Counted from the stretch's first letter, positions 10,423 through 21,117 are shown. The stretch is 64,000 nucleotides of DNA from Nostoc sp. DedSLP01 (GCA_034530875.2 JAVRCJ020000009.1:183298-247297); one strand, 5' to 3'. Numbers and translations are program-made. The notes: generated by a model from the sequence alone, not told the origin.

Positions 10423-12018
10423 TTACTTGGCGCCAGTTATAACCCATCTGCTATTTCCCTCATCCCATAAAAGTGAAAAACGCACAGAACTAGGTGCTTG
10501 TTTGCCATTTTTGAGGAAGTATGTCAATTGGGCATCAACTGTAGCCGTTTGTGAATTAGCTTCTACTAAATTCACTTGCTGAACATCTACACTTTGCACT
10601 TGTCCTCCCCACCAATCAATATAGGAGAGATAGCCCTTGGGGTGAAGACGTTGATTATTTTGATAGCTAGGAGATAAGAGATTCCACGCCTCTTGATATT
10701 CGCCATCATTAATAGTTTCATAATAATCTTCCACTGCTTCTTCTGCTGAGGGTCGATTAATTTGCTGTTGGGCAGATGGGGTAGTTTGTTGCACAACTGG
10801 AGAATCTACAGGCTGTTGAACTGATGGGGTAGTTTGTTGCACAACTGGAGAATCTACAGGCTGTTGAGAACTTATCGATGATGGGGCGCTTTTTGTCTCA
10901 TTATTGTTTGTTGAAAGTCCACTTGATGAGACTGTAGACTCCGTTGCTGGTTGATTTGGTCTATTGAGGGCAAAACCAATAACTATAGAAGTGCCAATTA
11001 AACCACCAGCAATTAAACTGCCGAGAAGTACTCCCTTCTGCCCGCTATTTTGATTGGGAGGTTGGCTAGAAGAACTTGGACTAACAGCAACGGTATTTTG
11101 TAGCGGTACAGGAGGCTGTACGTTAAATGCTGGAGGTTGATTGTAAGGTATTGTTGGTGGTACTGGGGGTTGATTGTAAGGTACTGTTGGAGGAATTGAC
11201 CCAAATTGCAAGGCGTCTAGCATTTCTCTGGCTGTGGCAAAGCGATCGCGTGGATGATAAGCGATCGCTCGATCTATCACTCCTGCTAATGTAGGACTAA
11301 CATTCAAAGCATCTCTGTGCCAAATAATTTCTCCAGTACGGGAATCTGTTTCTAATTCTTGTGGCTGTTTTCCCGTAAGCAGATAAATCGCTGTCATTCC
11401 CAAACTATATAAGTCACTCGAATAAACTGGTCTACCTACGGCTTGTTCGCTTGGCATATATCCCGGCGTACCAATCACAATCGAACTTGTAGGTAATCCT
11501 TGGGAATTCACCACTGTTCCCATTGATTCGCGCACAGCACCGAAATCAATCAGCACTGCTTTCCCATCCCGATGGCGCAAAATGATGTTATCTGGCTTGA
11601 TATCTCGATGGATAATCCGCTGATTGTGTACTTGCTCTAGTACTGATAATAAATTTATTAATATTTCTCTGACGGCGCTTTCACTTAATAAGCCTTGTTG
11701 CTGGACTTTCGCTGTTAAGGTATCGCCTTCTATCCACTCTTGAACTAAGTAAAATTGCCCATCTGATTGGAAGTAAGCATATAAGCTGGGAATTTGGTTA
11801 CTAGTACCACCTAAGTCTTCTAAAATTGCTGCTTCCCGCTGAAATCTTTCTTGCACTAGCTGATAAATTTGCGGGTTATTTTGAATTGGTCTTAGCTGTT
11901 TAATTACACAACGGCGGTGAGAAGGCATTTGGGTATCTTCTGCAAGGAAGGTTTCACCAAACCCACCGCTTCCTAAAGTCCGAATAACTTGATAGCGGTT
12001 GTTTAGCAGTGTTTCCAT
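10423..12018 (-). CDS. Membrane Ser/Thr protein kinase (tandem paralog, different C-terminal domain)
   Basis: GSGGFG, HRDIKPDN, DFG motifs and a TM helix; duplicated QQPVDSPVVQQTTPS. Confidence 0.93.
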   Translation of the reverse strand: METLLNNRYQVIRTLGSGGFGETFLAEDTQMPSHRRCVIKQLRPIQNNPQIYQLVQERFQREAAILEDLGGTSNQIPSLYAYFQSDGQFYLVQEWIEGDTLTAKVQQQGLLSESAVREILINLLSVLEQVHNQRIIHRDIKPDNIILRHRDGKAVLIDFGAVRESMGTVVNSQGLPTSSIVIGTPGYMPSEQAVGRPVYSSDLYSLGMTAIYLLTGKQPQELETDSRTGEIIWHRDALNVSPTLAGVIDRAIAYHPRDRFATAREMLDALQFGSIPPTVPYNQPPVPPTIPYNQPPAFNVQPPVPLQNTVAVSPSSSSQPPNQNSGQKGVLLGSLIAGGLIGTSIVIGFALNRPNQPATESTVSSSGLSTNNNETKSAPSSISSQQPVDSPVVQQTTPSVQQPVDSPVVQQTTPSAQQQINRPSAEEAVEDYYETINDGEYQEAWNLLSPSYQNNQRLHPKGYLSYIDWWGGQVQSVDVQQVNLVEANSQTATVDAQLTYFLKNGKQAPSSVRFSLLWDEGNSRWVITGAK

Positions 12019-12148
12019 AAATTGGTACTGGTAATTATACGGCTGTTTTCTGGTATCGTTGTATCTACTTTAGTTTGTATCTAACTTTTTTTATTAGTAG
12101 TAACATAAACTTTACTGAATCTAATAATCATGAGACACTAGTAAGGAT

Positions 12149-12195
12149 AAAAAAATAGCGCTACCTACTCAAAAAATGGGAAGCGCTATTTTTTT
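12149..12195. terminator. Hairpin flanked by A- and T-tracts (possibly bidirectional terminator)
   Basis: AAAAAAATAGCGCT...AGCGCTATTTTTTT. Confidence 0.7.
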
Positions 12196-12260
12196 AGTGA
12201 ATTTATCAGATGCGATCGCCACACCAATCTCTAGTAACAAATCGCTGCCAAAATATTTCT

Positions 12261-12428
12261 CTACTGACGGTCTTCTCGCTCCTGAGGTTTGGATCTTTGT
12301 TGATATTGGTTAACTTGTTGGTCAACAGTTTCTTTAATTTTTCGCTCAGTAGCGTCCATTGCAGAATATTTAAAGCGGTTGAATATGCTACTGAATAAGT
12401 TACTAAAAAATCTCTCAATTTCTTGCAT
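12261..12428 (-). CDS. Small 55-aa protein
   Basis: GAGGT RBS before ATG 12428; amphipathic N-terminus (FFSNLFSSIFNRF); terminator directly downstream. Confidence 0.65.
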   Translation of the reverse strand: MQEIERFFSNLFSSIFNRFKYSAMDATERKIKETVDQQVNQYQQRSKPQEREDRQ

Positions 12429-12829
12429 GATTCTATACCTCAATATTTAAAGCTAAATTATTGACTTGATATAGTCATCCGTTTTGATTTTTGAATTTAT
12501 TTGTGTAATTAAATAATAGAGACGAGATTAATCGCCTCTGTACAGGAATAGGGAGTAGGAACCAGTATTTTAAGTTGAGAGTGAGTTTTTCAAAAATCAA
12601 ATAAGAGTCCTATATTTGGTTTTGCACTTTCTGGTGGAAATTAGAAAAACCCTAACCTGTATTTTTTGAAGTATCTGTTAGTCGCCTGGCGTTTATGGAT
12701 ATATATTGAAACACCTTAGACGTCAATCTATTGTAATCTGCCTAAAGTAATAAATTTGACTTGATAATAATTCGTAATGGGCTACGCCCCGCTACGCTAA
12801 CGTAATTCGTAATTAAAGGTAGAAAAAAT

Positions 12830-13612
12830 TTACTCAATACTATCTGGATCTACATTAAGCGATCGCAGCTTTGCCTTTAACTGTTCTATTTCTGATTGTG
12901 CTTGTTCGGCGCGTTGGCGTTCTTGTTCGGCACGTTGGCTTTCCTGTTCAGCGCGTATGCGTTCTTGTTCGGCGCGTATGCGTTCTTGTTCGGCGCGTTC
13001 TTCTGCCTGCTGCCTTGCTAAAACTTCCTGGCGTAAAGCTTCTATCAATTCATCGGCGATTAATAATTTTTCGCCTGTATCCTCTCGATAAAACGCAATT
13101 AGTTTTCCTTCAATTACCAAACGCAGTTGTAGCGGTTCGCTGCGTCCATCTTCTATAGCTTCGTAGATATCTCCCCGCAACCGATAGCCACGTAGCCGTT
13201 GTTCTACCCATTCGCCTTTTGGGTCAAAGAGCCAGTATTCTTTAACACCAAGCTGTTCATACAGAGTTTTTTTGAAGATTTCGTCGTTTCCTTTAGTACC
13301 AAAGGATGTCATTTCAAAAATCACTGTTGGTACTTGACCTTCTTCCCAAATTTTATAGTTGTCTCGACCGCCGGGTGCAACATCAAAAATTACCATTACA
13401 TCTGGGGCTACTCGTAACTTGGGAAAACCCTGTGCATAGTAAAGAAATTGATTTGCCAATACTGTTGCCTGACGATCTGCCAAATACTGTTTGAGTACTT
13501 CTAAGGTAGTTAATAATGCGTAAAGGTGGTCGTAGGTTTCTGCCACTGGTTGACCATCAGCACTAGGATAGAAGATTTCTGATTCGACACTAACAGGTAG
13601 AATAGCTGTCAT
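12830..13612 (-). CDS. Uma2 family putative endonuclease with C-terminal EQER.RA coiled-coil repeats
   Basis: APDVMV, FEMTS, YEQLGVKEYWLFDP motifs. Confidence 0.9.
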   Translation of the reverse strand: MTAILPVSVESEIFYPSADGQPVAETYDHLYALLTTLEVLKQYLADRQATVLANQFLYYAQGFPKLRVAPDVMVIFDVAPGGRDNYKIWEEGQVPTVIFEMTSFGTKGNDEIFKKTLYEQLGVKEYWLFDPKGEWVEQRLRGYRLRGDIYEAIEDGRSEPLQLRLVIEGKLIAFYREDTGEKLLIADELIEALRQEVLARQQAEERAEQERIRAEQERIRAEQESQRAEQERQRAEQAQSEIEQLKAKLRSLNVDPDSIE

Positions 13613-13677
13613 GGTTGTAAAATCAGTGCTACAAGATTATTTTAGAGCAAGTCTGATTCTTCCTAAGAGCTGATTCG

Positions 13678-14436
13678 TCAGCTTTGCAAAATGTAACTAC
13701 ATAACTCACAAAATCCGTCAGCTTCGGCAGCAGTAGTAATATAAGCAGGCTGATGTTGCAATTTGTCTATATATTCCAGCACGTTTGCCACGCCTACAGA
13801 AACAGGAAAATAATGGCGATCGAATAAACTTTCATCATTGGGACTATCGCCTACAGTGACAATTTGTTCTGGTGAATAATCGGGAAAGTATTCGCGCAAT
13901 ACCTGCAATAATCCCACAGCTTTATCTTGTCCTTGGGGTTTAATATGACACTGGACGTTACTGTAAGTAAATCCCCAACCCATTTCTTGACAAAGACGAT
14001 CTAGGGTTTGTAGTTCATCTTGACTCAAAGCCGCGACATCAAAAGTCCAATCGCTGATGCGAAAGCGATTATCAACAGATTCTTGAATTTGAAGAAATTG
14101 AGTTTGTAACTTTTCAAAAGTTATAGCCAACTGCTGGCGATGCTTCGCTAAATCGGGAATGGGTGTTAAGACTATTGGTTTGTGGTTCCCAGGTGGAAAG
14201 TACAAACCGCCATTTTCTGCCATAGCACCTGCCACTGGCATCATTGCACTCAATGCACTCACCCAGCCAGCAGAACGTCCCGTGACAATCAGTACCTTAA
14301 TGTTAGTTGTTGCCAAATCCTCTAAAGCTTGTAGCAATGCAGGAGTAAATTTGCCTCGTCTAGTCATAGTGCCATCCATATCTGTGGCAACGAGACGAAT
14401 TTTGCTGAAGGTAGTTTGGCTTAGATGTTTTGGCAT
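13678..14436 (-). CDS. HAD-IIB family hydrolase
   Basis: DMDGT, TGR and GDSPND motifs. Confidence 0.9.
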   Translation of the reverse strand: MPKHLSQTTFSKIRLVATDMDGTMTRRGKFTPALLQALEDLATTNIKVLIVTGRSAGWVSALSAMMPVAGAMAENGGLYFPPGNHKPIVLTPIPDLAKHRQQLAITFEKLQTQFLQIQESVDNRFRISDWTFDVAALSQDELQTLDRLCQEMGWGFTYSNVQCHIKPQGQDKAVGLLQVLREYFPDYSPEQIVTVGDSPNDESLFDRHYFPVSVGVANVLEYIDKLQHQPAYITTAAEADGFCELCSYILQS

Positions 14437-14449
14437 ATTGGTGTTGGGC

Positions 14450-14590
14450 ATGGGGCTAATGAATGGGGTATTGGGATTGGGGTAAGGGGGAAACGAGAAA
14501 GATTAAATTTATTCCTTTTCCCTTTAACCTTTTCCCCAGCCTCCCCTGCCCCTCATCTCCCCATCTCCCCATCTCCCCATCTCTCTACTC
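14450..14590 (+). repeat. ~140-bp composite repeat, copy 1
   Basis: Near-identical to the reverse complement of 21715-21850. Confidence 0.85.
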
Positions 14591-14705
14591 CCCAGTCACC
14601 AGTCCCTAACTACTTAGTAAAAAATATTATTAATGATACAGCAAGATGGCCTGAGAAATTTGGGAATCCTAAACATTAGAAGTTAACTTTTTCAGTTTTG
14701 CAACC

Positions 14706-15509
14706 ATGTCTACTTCGATGTTTCTTGCCCAATCCTCCGGGCCAAAAACTAAAAAGGTATCTCAGGAAGCGCGAGCAAGTAATCCTCAAACACCACCATT
14801 GTTGGTGATAACCTCTGGAGGGTTGGCTTTAGCTGTGATTGCTGCGATCGTGTATAGTAAGCTCCAGATTAATAAACTGGAGAAAAAACTTAAGTTTGAA
14901 CAATTCCGCGGGCGAGAATTAGAAAAAAAATTCAAACTAGCCCTGGAAACAATTCGCAAGATGGAAACTAATCCCGATTTGGTCAACTCACGGGATTTTA
15001 ACCTCGATTATCTAAGAATGCGGATGTCAGAGGAGGTGTTTCACTTTGCAATTCTTAATCAAGTGAAAATTAAGGTCAAAGATAAAATTTCTCAAGCTCT
15101 ACGTCCAAGTCAAGCCCAACAAGGAGCAGTTGGAATTGCTAACAGTGCCGGTCGCCAGGTAGATGAAATTTTTGATGTGGAGTATGAAACTGGTAATCCA
15201 CCGAACTCTGCCAAGCGCGTACTGTTTCGCATTCAAGTGCGGTTAATGAAGTTACCAACGCAAGCAACTTCTGCAACTATTAGCCAAATTATTGATTGTA
15301 TAGAAACTTATTTAAGTCCTATGGACGATGAAGATAGTTGGCAACCAACAATTCAAGGTCGGATTGCTACTATGCATTGGGATCAAAAGGCTAAACCTAC
15401 ACCTTTATTGGTACTGGAGCAGTCGAATGAAGGCGTGAATGTGACATTTCGCACTAGTCGCCAGCCAGTTGCCCCAACTCCACCTAATCAATCAAAAACG
15501 AAAAATTAA
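14706..15509 (+). CDS. Hypothetical membrane-anchored coiled-coil protein
   Basis: 267-aa ORF with N-terminal TM helix followed by a coiled coil. Confidence 0.8.
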   Translation: MSTSMFLAQSSGPKTKKVSQEARASNPQTPPLLVITSGGLALAVIAAIVYSKLQINKLEKKLKFEQFRGRELEKKFKLALETIRKMETNPDLVNSRDFNLDYLRMRMSEEVFHFAILNQVKIKVKDKISQALRPSQAQQGAVGIANSAGRQVDEIFDVEYETGNPPNSAKRVLFRIQVRLMKLPTQATSATISQIIDCIETYLSPMDDEDSWQPTIQGRIATMHWDQKAKPTPLLVLEQSNEGVNVTFRTSRQPVAPTPPNQSKTKN

Positions 15510-15532
15510 GGCTTGGCGAAACAATAACTATG

Positions 15533-15585
15533 TTAGTCATTAGTCATTAGTCATTAGTCATTTGCAAAGAACAAATGACTAATGA
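15533..15585. repeat. STRR heptamers (TTAGTCA)n with inverted partner, probable terminator hairpin
   Basis: TTAGTCA x4 then TGACTAATGAC, between convergent genes. Confidence 0.75.
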
Positions 15586-15593
15586 CACCAGAA

Positions 15594-16304
15594 TTATGAC
15601 TGAATTACTGTATTTGAAGAATTACGAGTTAACAGGCCATCTTCCATTTGTATGATGCGATCGGCGATGTCTAAAATGCGGTTGTCGTGTGTGACTAACA
15701 AGATAGTTGTTCCCTGATTTTTAGCTAGGCTCTGCATTATTTCTACGACATCGCGTCCTGATTGTTTGTCTAATGCTGCTGTTGGTTCGTCTGCTAACAC
15801 TAGGGGAGGATGATTGACTAAGGCGCGGGCGATCGCAATTCTTTGTTTTTGACCTCCAGAAAGATTATCTGGGTAATAATTAATTCTTTCTTCTAAACCA
15901 ACAGCACGCAGCATCATTTCTGATTTGGCGATCGCTTCTGTTTGAGATATACCATCGTTTAATTCTACTGCCATCTGTACGTTTTGCTTGGCAGTCAAAA
16001 ATCCCAGCAAATTGTGAGCTTGGAAAATATAACCGATGTTACGCCGCATTTGCACAAGTTTGTTCTGGCTGGCACCAAAGATTTCTTCGCCTAAAAATTT
16101 TAAACTTCCCTCTTGTACAGACCGTAAACCACCAATCAAGCTCAGTAATGTGGTTTTACCTGAACCTGATGGCCCGGTCATAATTACAATTTCACCAGGA
16201 TTAATTTCTAGGTTGATATCAAATAAAATTTGTTTTCTCAGGGCGCCTTTGCCATAATAATGATTCAGGTTTTTAATGGCAATTACAGGTTCTTGTCTCT
16301 TCAT
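15594..16304 (-). CDS. devA: Heterocyst glycolipid exporter ATPase DevA
   Basis: GPSGSGKT, LSGGQ, ADEPT motifs; third gene of devBCA. Confidence 0.9.
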   Translation of the reverse strand: MKRQEPVIAIKNLNHYYGKGALRKQILFDINLEINPGEIVIMTGPSGSGKTTLLSLIGGLRSVQEGSLKFLGEEIFGASQNKLVQMRRNIGYIFQAHNLLGFLTAKQNVQMAVELNDGISQTEAIAKSEMMLRAVGLEERINYYPDNLSGGQKQRIAIARALVNHPPLVLADEPTAALDKQSGRDVVEIMQSLAKNQGTTILLVTHDNRILDIADRIIQMEDGLLTRNSSNTVIQS

Positions 16305-16430
16305 AAATTTTTTAGCTATGATTTAGCAGTTCCGAGACGGAACTGTATTGATTGCCAGAGATTGAAATTACTTAATTATTAATTATAATTTGCAGATAAT
16401 TATCATAATTAATAATTAATATTCAATTAA

Positions 16431-17585
16431 TTAAAAGATATCTGCTGGGTCGGCAGAACGTAATTTTCTAACTGCGATCGCACCGGAAACAAAGCACATT
16501 ATTATAGTTAAAATCAATACAGTTGTAGCGCGATCGAAACTCATAAATACTGGTAAAAGTGTTGCGTTTCTTGCAGTTTGATACATAAATAAAGCGCAAG
16601 TTATTCCGGGCAAATATCCTAAAACTGCTAGCATTAAAGCCTCTTGTAAAATAACTGTCAATAAATAGTTATGTGTATAGCCTATAGCTTTGAGAGTGGC
16701 GTACTCAGATAGGTGATCTGAAACTTCTGTATATAGAATTTGATAAACAATTACAGTTCCGACAATAAAGCCCATGATAGTCCCGAGGGTGAAAATAAAA
16801 CCGATAGCTGTGCTACTTGCCCAATAATTTCGCTCAAAATCAATAAATTCTTGTTTAGTTAAAATATTTATCTCTTTAGGTAAATATCTTTTTAAATCTT
16901 GCGCGACAGCATTAGCATTTGCTCCAGGTTTCAATTTAATTAACCCGATATCAATTAATCCCTTCTGACGAGTGTTAAATATCCGCAAAAAGTTAACGTC
17001 GCTAGTAATTAAGTTACCATCTGCACCAAATGATGCACCTAATGTAAATAGCCCTACAACTTTGGTTCGCCGTCTTCTGACTTCTGCTGTGACGGTCTTT
17101 CCTTGTTCGTAATCAGCAGCGATCGGCCCATACTCAACCCGAGAAGAACGGTCAAATAAAACTACATCTGGTAATTTAAGTTTCTCTAAATTTTCTTGAA
17201 CTCCAGGTAAATTGAGCAGATTAGTTTCTGGATTCATACCAAATATCAGGATGCTACGAGGGCGACCTGTTACAGGATTTTTCCAAGTTGTATAATCTAG
17301 ATATATAGGATGTACTGATTGTACTGTTGGTAACTCTAAAGCTTTATATAATCGTCGTTGAGAAAAACTCCTCATAGCCAAAACAGCACTAGATTGGCTG
17401 TTAATTAAAACGATGTCACCCTGCAAACTGCTATGAAATCGAACGTTACTATAATACAAAGCATCCCGAAATCCCAGTTGCATAAACATCAAAATATCAG
17501 CAAAAGCAATGCCTGCCAGAGCCACAGCTAGGCGAGTTTTTTCTCTGGTTAGTTGCAGCCATGACAGAGGTATTTTATTAGTCAT
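16431..17585 (-). CDS. devC: ABC exporter permease DevC
   Basis: LSWLQL, LMFMQLGF, EYATLKAIGY and C-terminal ADPADIF motifs. Confidence 0.92.
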   Translation of the reverse strand: MTNKIPLSWLQLTREKTRLAVALAGIAFADILMFMQLGFRDALYYSNVRFHSSLQGDIVLINSQSSAVLAMRSFSQRRLYKALELPTVQSVHPIYLDYTTWKNPVTGRPRSILIFGMNPETNLLNLPGVQENLEKLKLPDVVLFDRSSRVEYGPIAADYEQGKTVTAEVRRRRTKVVGLFTLGASFGADGNLITSDVNFLRIFNTRQKGLIDIGLIKLKPGANANAVAQDLKRYLPKEINILTKQEFIDFERNYWASSTAIGFIFTLGTIMGFIVGTVIVYQILYTEVSDHLSEYATLKAIGYTHNYLLTVILQEALMLAVLGYLPGITCALFMYQTARNATLLPVFMSFDRATTVLILTIIMCFVSGAIAVRKLRSADPADIF

Positions 17586-17609
17586 TATTAAAAGTTTGTT
17601 TCTGACGAC

Positions 17610-19034
17610 TTAGTTATTAATTTCTACAAGAACTTTCGCATAAGTTAAACCAGAAACTTTCAGACTATCTTCTGGAGATAGAGCAATTCTTACTTCTACA
17701 ACTCTGGCATCTACATCTGCTGCTGGGTCTGTATTTAATACATCTTTCTTGCCAATTTTTCTACCAATTTCAGTGACAGTTCCTTTTAGTTCTTCACTAA
17801 ATGCTCCATTATCGCTAGTAATAGTAGCGTTTTGACCGAGACGCACTTTGCCAATACTATCTTCAGCGACTTCAGCAACTACAACCATTTGACTGGTTTG
17901 CCCAAGTTCAGCAATACCATTTGTGCCTATAGCTTCACCCGACTTGGTGTAAATCTTTAAAATTTCTCCCGCAGTTGGGGCTTGAACGTAGCTTAATTTC
18001 AGTTCTGCTTCGGCTTTTCTAACATTAGCTATAGCATTACTAACTTGGGCTAACGCTACTTGCACATCACTAGGACTAACTTCCAAAAGTCTGCTGAGTT
18101 TGGCTTTCTCTTCATCGATTTGTCTTTGCAAAGTGGCTACAGTTTTGTCGCGGTTAACTTTGGCTTCAATTAACTGCTGTTGCAAAGTTGCTAAATTTTG
18201 TATTTGATTCGCTCTTGCTTCGGCAAGTTGCTGTCGCAGGGTTGCCAATGTCTGCTTCAGCGTGGCTTGACTTTCAGCAACCTGCTGATTAGCTGTAATT
18301 GCGCTCAGGCGTCTTCTATCGCGTTCTTGCTGAGAAATTGCACCTTCTCTGTATAAAAAATCATAGCGTCCTGCATCAACTTGGGCATTGCGCTGTTCGG
18401 CTTTGATACGCGTCAGGGTTGCTCTGAGGGCTTCTCTTTGTCCGCTGAGTTCAGCTTCTAAGCGATTTACAGTTGCTTGTTGGACGAGTTTTTCTCCACT
18501 CAACTGAGCAGCAATTCGAGCGATGGTTGCTTGCTGGGCATTCTTTTCCCCAATTAACTGGGCTTGTAGGCGAGCAATAACCGAGCTTTGGGCTTGAATA
18601 TCTCTTGGAGATCCGGCTCTAACTTGCGCTAAATTTGCACGCGCTTCTTGGACTTTAGCTTTTGCCTCTTCTAGTGCGGCTATTTGAGTATCCCGGTTGT
18701 CCAAAATTGCGATAATTTGACCTTGTTTGACCTTTTCACCTTCTTTCACTAGAAGCTGCTGAACTCTGGAGGATGGTGCTAATCCTGAAGATGGTGCAGA
18801 CAATTTAATCACTTCACCTCGCGGTTCCAAACGCCCCACAGCACTAACGCTATTGCTAGATGGCATCACAGGTGCGGATACATTTAGTTTTTTCAACTGC
18901 TCGATTTTCGCAGTACCCAGTACTCCAGCAGCAATCACTATTGGCACCGCTACAGCTATACCCCACCAAATTTTAGGTTGTTCGGGATTAAATGTACGTT
19001 CAGTTGGCTTCGGCTTCTCGGTCACCCTTGACAT
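17610..19034 (-). CDS. devB: Membrane fusion protein DevB
   Basis: GRLEP, long coiled coil, DARVVEV; lies downstream of pcyA with a distal NtcA promoter. Confidence 0.9.
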   Translation of the reverse strand: MSRVTEKPKPTERTFNPEQPKIWWGIAVAVPIVIAAGVLGTAKIEQLKKLNVSAPVMPSSNSVSAVGRLEPRGEVIKLSAPSSGLAPSSRVQQLLVKEGEKVKQGQIIAILDNRDTQIAALEEAKAKVQEARANLAQVRAGSPRDIQAQSSVIARLQAQLIGEKNAQQATIARIAAQLSGEKLVQQATVNRLEAELSGQREALRATLTRIKAEQRNAQVDAGRYDFLYREGAISQQERDRRRLSAITANQQVAESQATLKQTLATLRQQLAEARANQIQNLATLQQQLIEAKVNRDKTVATLQRQIDEEKAKLSRLLEVSPSDVQVALAQVSNAIANVRKAEAELKLSYVQAPTAGEILKIYTKSGEAIGTNGIAELGQTSQMVVVAEVAEDSIGKVRLGQNATITSDNGAFSEELKGTVTEIGRKIGKKDVLNTDPAADVDARVVEVRIALSPEDSLKVSGLTYAKVLVEINN

Positions 19035-19560
19035 AGTATGTTGCCCGTTTATCTGAATTGTGTCGATCGAGTAAAAAAGGGTTTTTCATCAATAGCCAAC
19101 CGCTTAGAACAAACAACGGGTATGGCTTAATATCCACGCGATTGAGACTCAACACTCACACTAAAGATTTACAAAATTGTGCAAAAAAAGAATTCAGAAT
19201 CAATTAATGGCGCATTCAGATATAGAGGCGCAAGATATCGCGTCTCTATTGGAAATCGAAAACTGCTATGATGCGGTACTGTATGGCTACATTCACTACC
19301 GCACAAATAAAGTAATTAACATCAATTAATCAGTCAACACTAGTAACTGTTGATTGATAAGAGAATGCTCCGATTTAAATATCAGAAGTCAGAATAGTTG
19401 GAAAACCAATCTTGTATACCCACTTGATTTTGTGCAAATTCTCAAGCTGGGATACGAAGCCTTAATGATTCTGAATTCTGAATTCTTACGCTTAATCAGC
19501 GGAGGCTACAGTTATTTACAAAATTGAAAAACAAGATTAAAAATCATTGTTTCAAAGACC

Positions 19561-19663
19561 TAATACCAATTCTCAAAAATTTTGCTACACATTATTCTCG
19601 CGTCACTGTTTCACTGTGCTTCCGCGCCATTATCTGTAACTGAGTTAAAGCTAATTGGTCTTA
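19561..19663. repeat. MITE-like element with terminal inverted repeats
   Basis: TAATACCAATT...AATTGGTCTTA; related ends at about 63542-63648. Confidence 0.55.
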
Positions 19664-19713
19664 CTAATCTCCCTGCTTCTATTTTGGGACTCCATCAAAC
19701 TCTCGTTGAATGA

Positions 19714-19755
19714 ATTCTACATTTATCAATCGCCAGAAAACGTAACAGAACCTAC
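19714..19755 (-). promoter_or_regulatory. Canonical NtcA-activated promoter of devBCA
   Basis: GTAGGTTCTGTTAC (GTA-N8-TAC), 22 nt, then TAGAAT; about 680 nt upstream of devB. Confidence 0.88.
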
Positions 19756-19890
19756 AGATAAGCCAATTCGGGCATTGGGCATGGGGCATTGGGCATTGGT
19801 CATTAGTTATTAATTATTCTCCTCTGCCCCCTCTGCCCCCTCTGCCCCCTCTGCTCCCCATCTCCCTATCTCTTCTGCCCCTGGAGCCTT

Positions 19891-20640
19891 TTACTTCGTA
19901 ACCTCCTGTGGAAGGTCGAACAGAACTGTGGTCATGTAATGTTCTGCCCAAGCTGGACCGAAGGCTTTTTCTAGGACGCGGCGGGTTTTGTCGTTTTGCT
20001 GCTGTTTGGTGCAGTAGTTGTGTTGTCCGGCGAGATTTTGCGTGACTTGTTCGATTGGAACTGGACTAGATGCGATCGCCTGGGTACAATGAATCTCTAA
20101 AAAGTCTTGTACGCGAGACAAAAACATTGTTTCTTCTTCTGGGGAAGTCGGGCGCACGAAGATGCAAAAATCTGAAAAAATATTTCCCCATTCAGGTAAT
20201 TCCCGCGGTTGGGAAAAGTTAAGCATTGTTAACTGAGTGAGGGCAGCATTATAAGATTCTGGTAAGGTTTGTTCTGTATTTAGGGGAGAAAGGTCTGCGA
20301 TCGCTGCACTAATTTGACCTCTACCCCCCACTAAATCACAGCCAAACATCGGCAGGTTATATTCTGGACGGGGAAACATGACGCAATGCAAAATATCCAG
20401 CATATTCCCCACTTTTGCCAGTTCCAAGTGCATTTTTCGGAACTGAGGCGTTTGATAGCAACGGTTTTCAATCGTCAGTTTTTCTCCTTCTAGTCTACCT
20501 TCCACATACCCCAACTCAGCTGGCAAATGGTATGGCGATAGATCCAGATGTTGATGCCAAGCTGCCTCAATACAATCAGCTAGCTGACGAATTAGGGGAT
20601 GTTGTTGCTCGCGCAGCGAGGACATAGAAGTAAATGACAT
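19891..20640 (-). CDS. pcyA: Phycocyanobilin:ferredoxin oxidoreductase
   Basis: [23 protein letters not shown] and [16 protein letters not shown] motifs. Confidence 0.95.
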   Translation of the reverse strand: MSFTSMSSLREQQHPLIRQLADCIEAAWHQHLDLSPYHLPAELGYVEGRLEGEKLTIENRCYQTPQFRKMHLELAKVGNMLDILHCVMFPRPEYNLPMFGCDLVGGRGQISAAIADLSPLNTEQTLPESYNAALTQLTMLNFSQPRELPEWGNIFSDFCIFVRPTSPEEETMFLSRVQDFLEIHCTQAIASSPVPIEQVTQNLAGQHNYCTKQQQNDKTRRVLEKAFGPAWAEHYMTTVLFDLPQEVTK

Positions 20641-20779
20641 ATTCTAGTTGCAAATTGGATCTAGTAGCCAGTCTACAACTTGCCGTGCCTCACAGTTATA
20701 GCTTGCAATATTAAGCAAACACTTACTCCAGGCAACGTAAAGTTATAAGACAGGTGCTTTTCACAAGTATTGTTTATTT

Positions 20780-20795
20780 TGTAGTCTAAGTTACA
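20780..20795. promoter_or_regulatory. NtcA-type binding site
   Basis: TGTAGTCTAAGTTACA, a perfect TGTA-N8-TACA, between divergent pcyA and the 75-aa ORF. Confidence 0.55.
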
Positions 20796-20834
20796 GAAAT
20801 AATTTTTGATTAGCCCATAGTTGAAGGCATAGAG

Positions 20835-21062
20835 ATGAAACTAGATTCTAAGAAACCAGATTTTGCTGTCCAAGCAAGAAGGCGGAATCTGGAGGATTTA
20901 CGGCAGGTAAGGGCATCAAGTTGGGTGAAGCTTTTAGAACTTCCCAACCCTTTTAGTTTTGATGAAGCACTTTTGTTGTGTCCAGTTTCAGAGGATGAGT
21001 GGCTGGCTTGGGTTCCAGATCATGGTGAGATAATACTGAATATTAGGCAATTTAGTTATTAG
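20835..21062 (+). CDS. Small hypothetical protein (75 aa)
   Basis: Globular-looking sequence (WVKLLELPNPFSFDEALLLC...WLAWVPDHGE). Confidence 0.75.
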   Translation: MKLDSKKPDFAVQARRRNLEDLRQVRASSWVKLLELPNPFSFDEALLLCPVSEDEWLAWVPDHGEIILNIRQFSY

Positions 21063-21117
21063 TCATTGGTCATTGGTCATTAGTTATTAGTCATTGGTTT
21101 AACTAAAGGGTAAATGA

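Noticed and set aside
14425..14679. 84-aa ORF and look-alike ORFs at 21630-21906, 31437-31622 and 49826-50017
   Set aside because: Translations of STRR/MITE repeat DNA.
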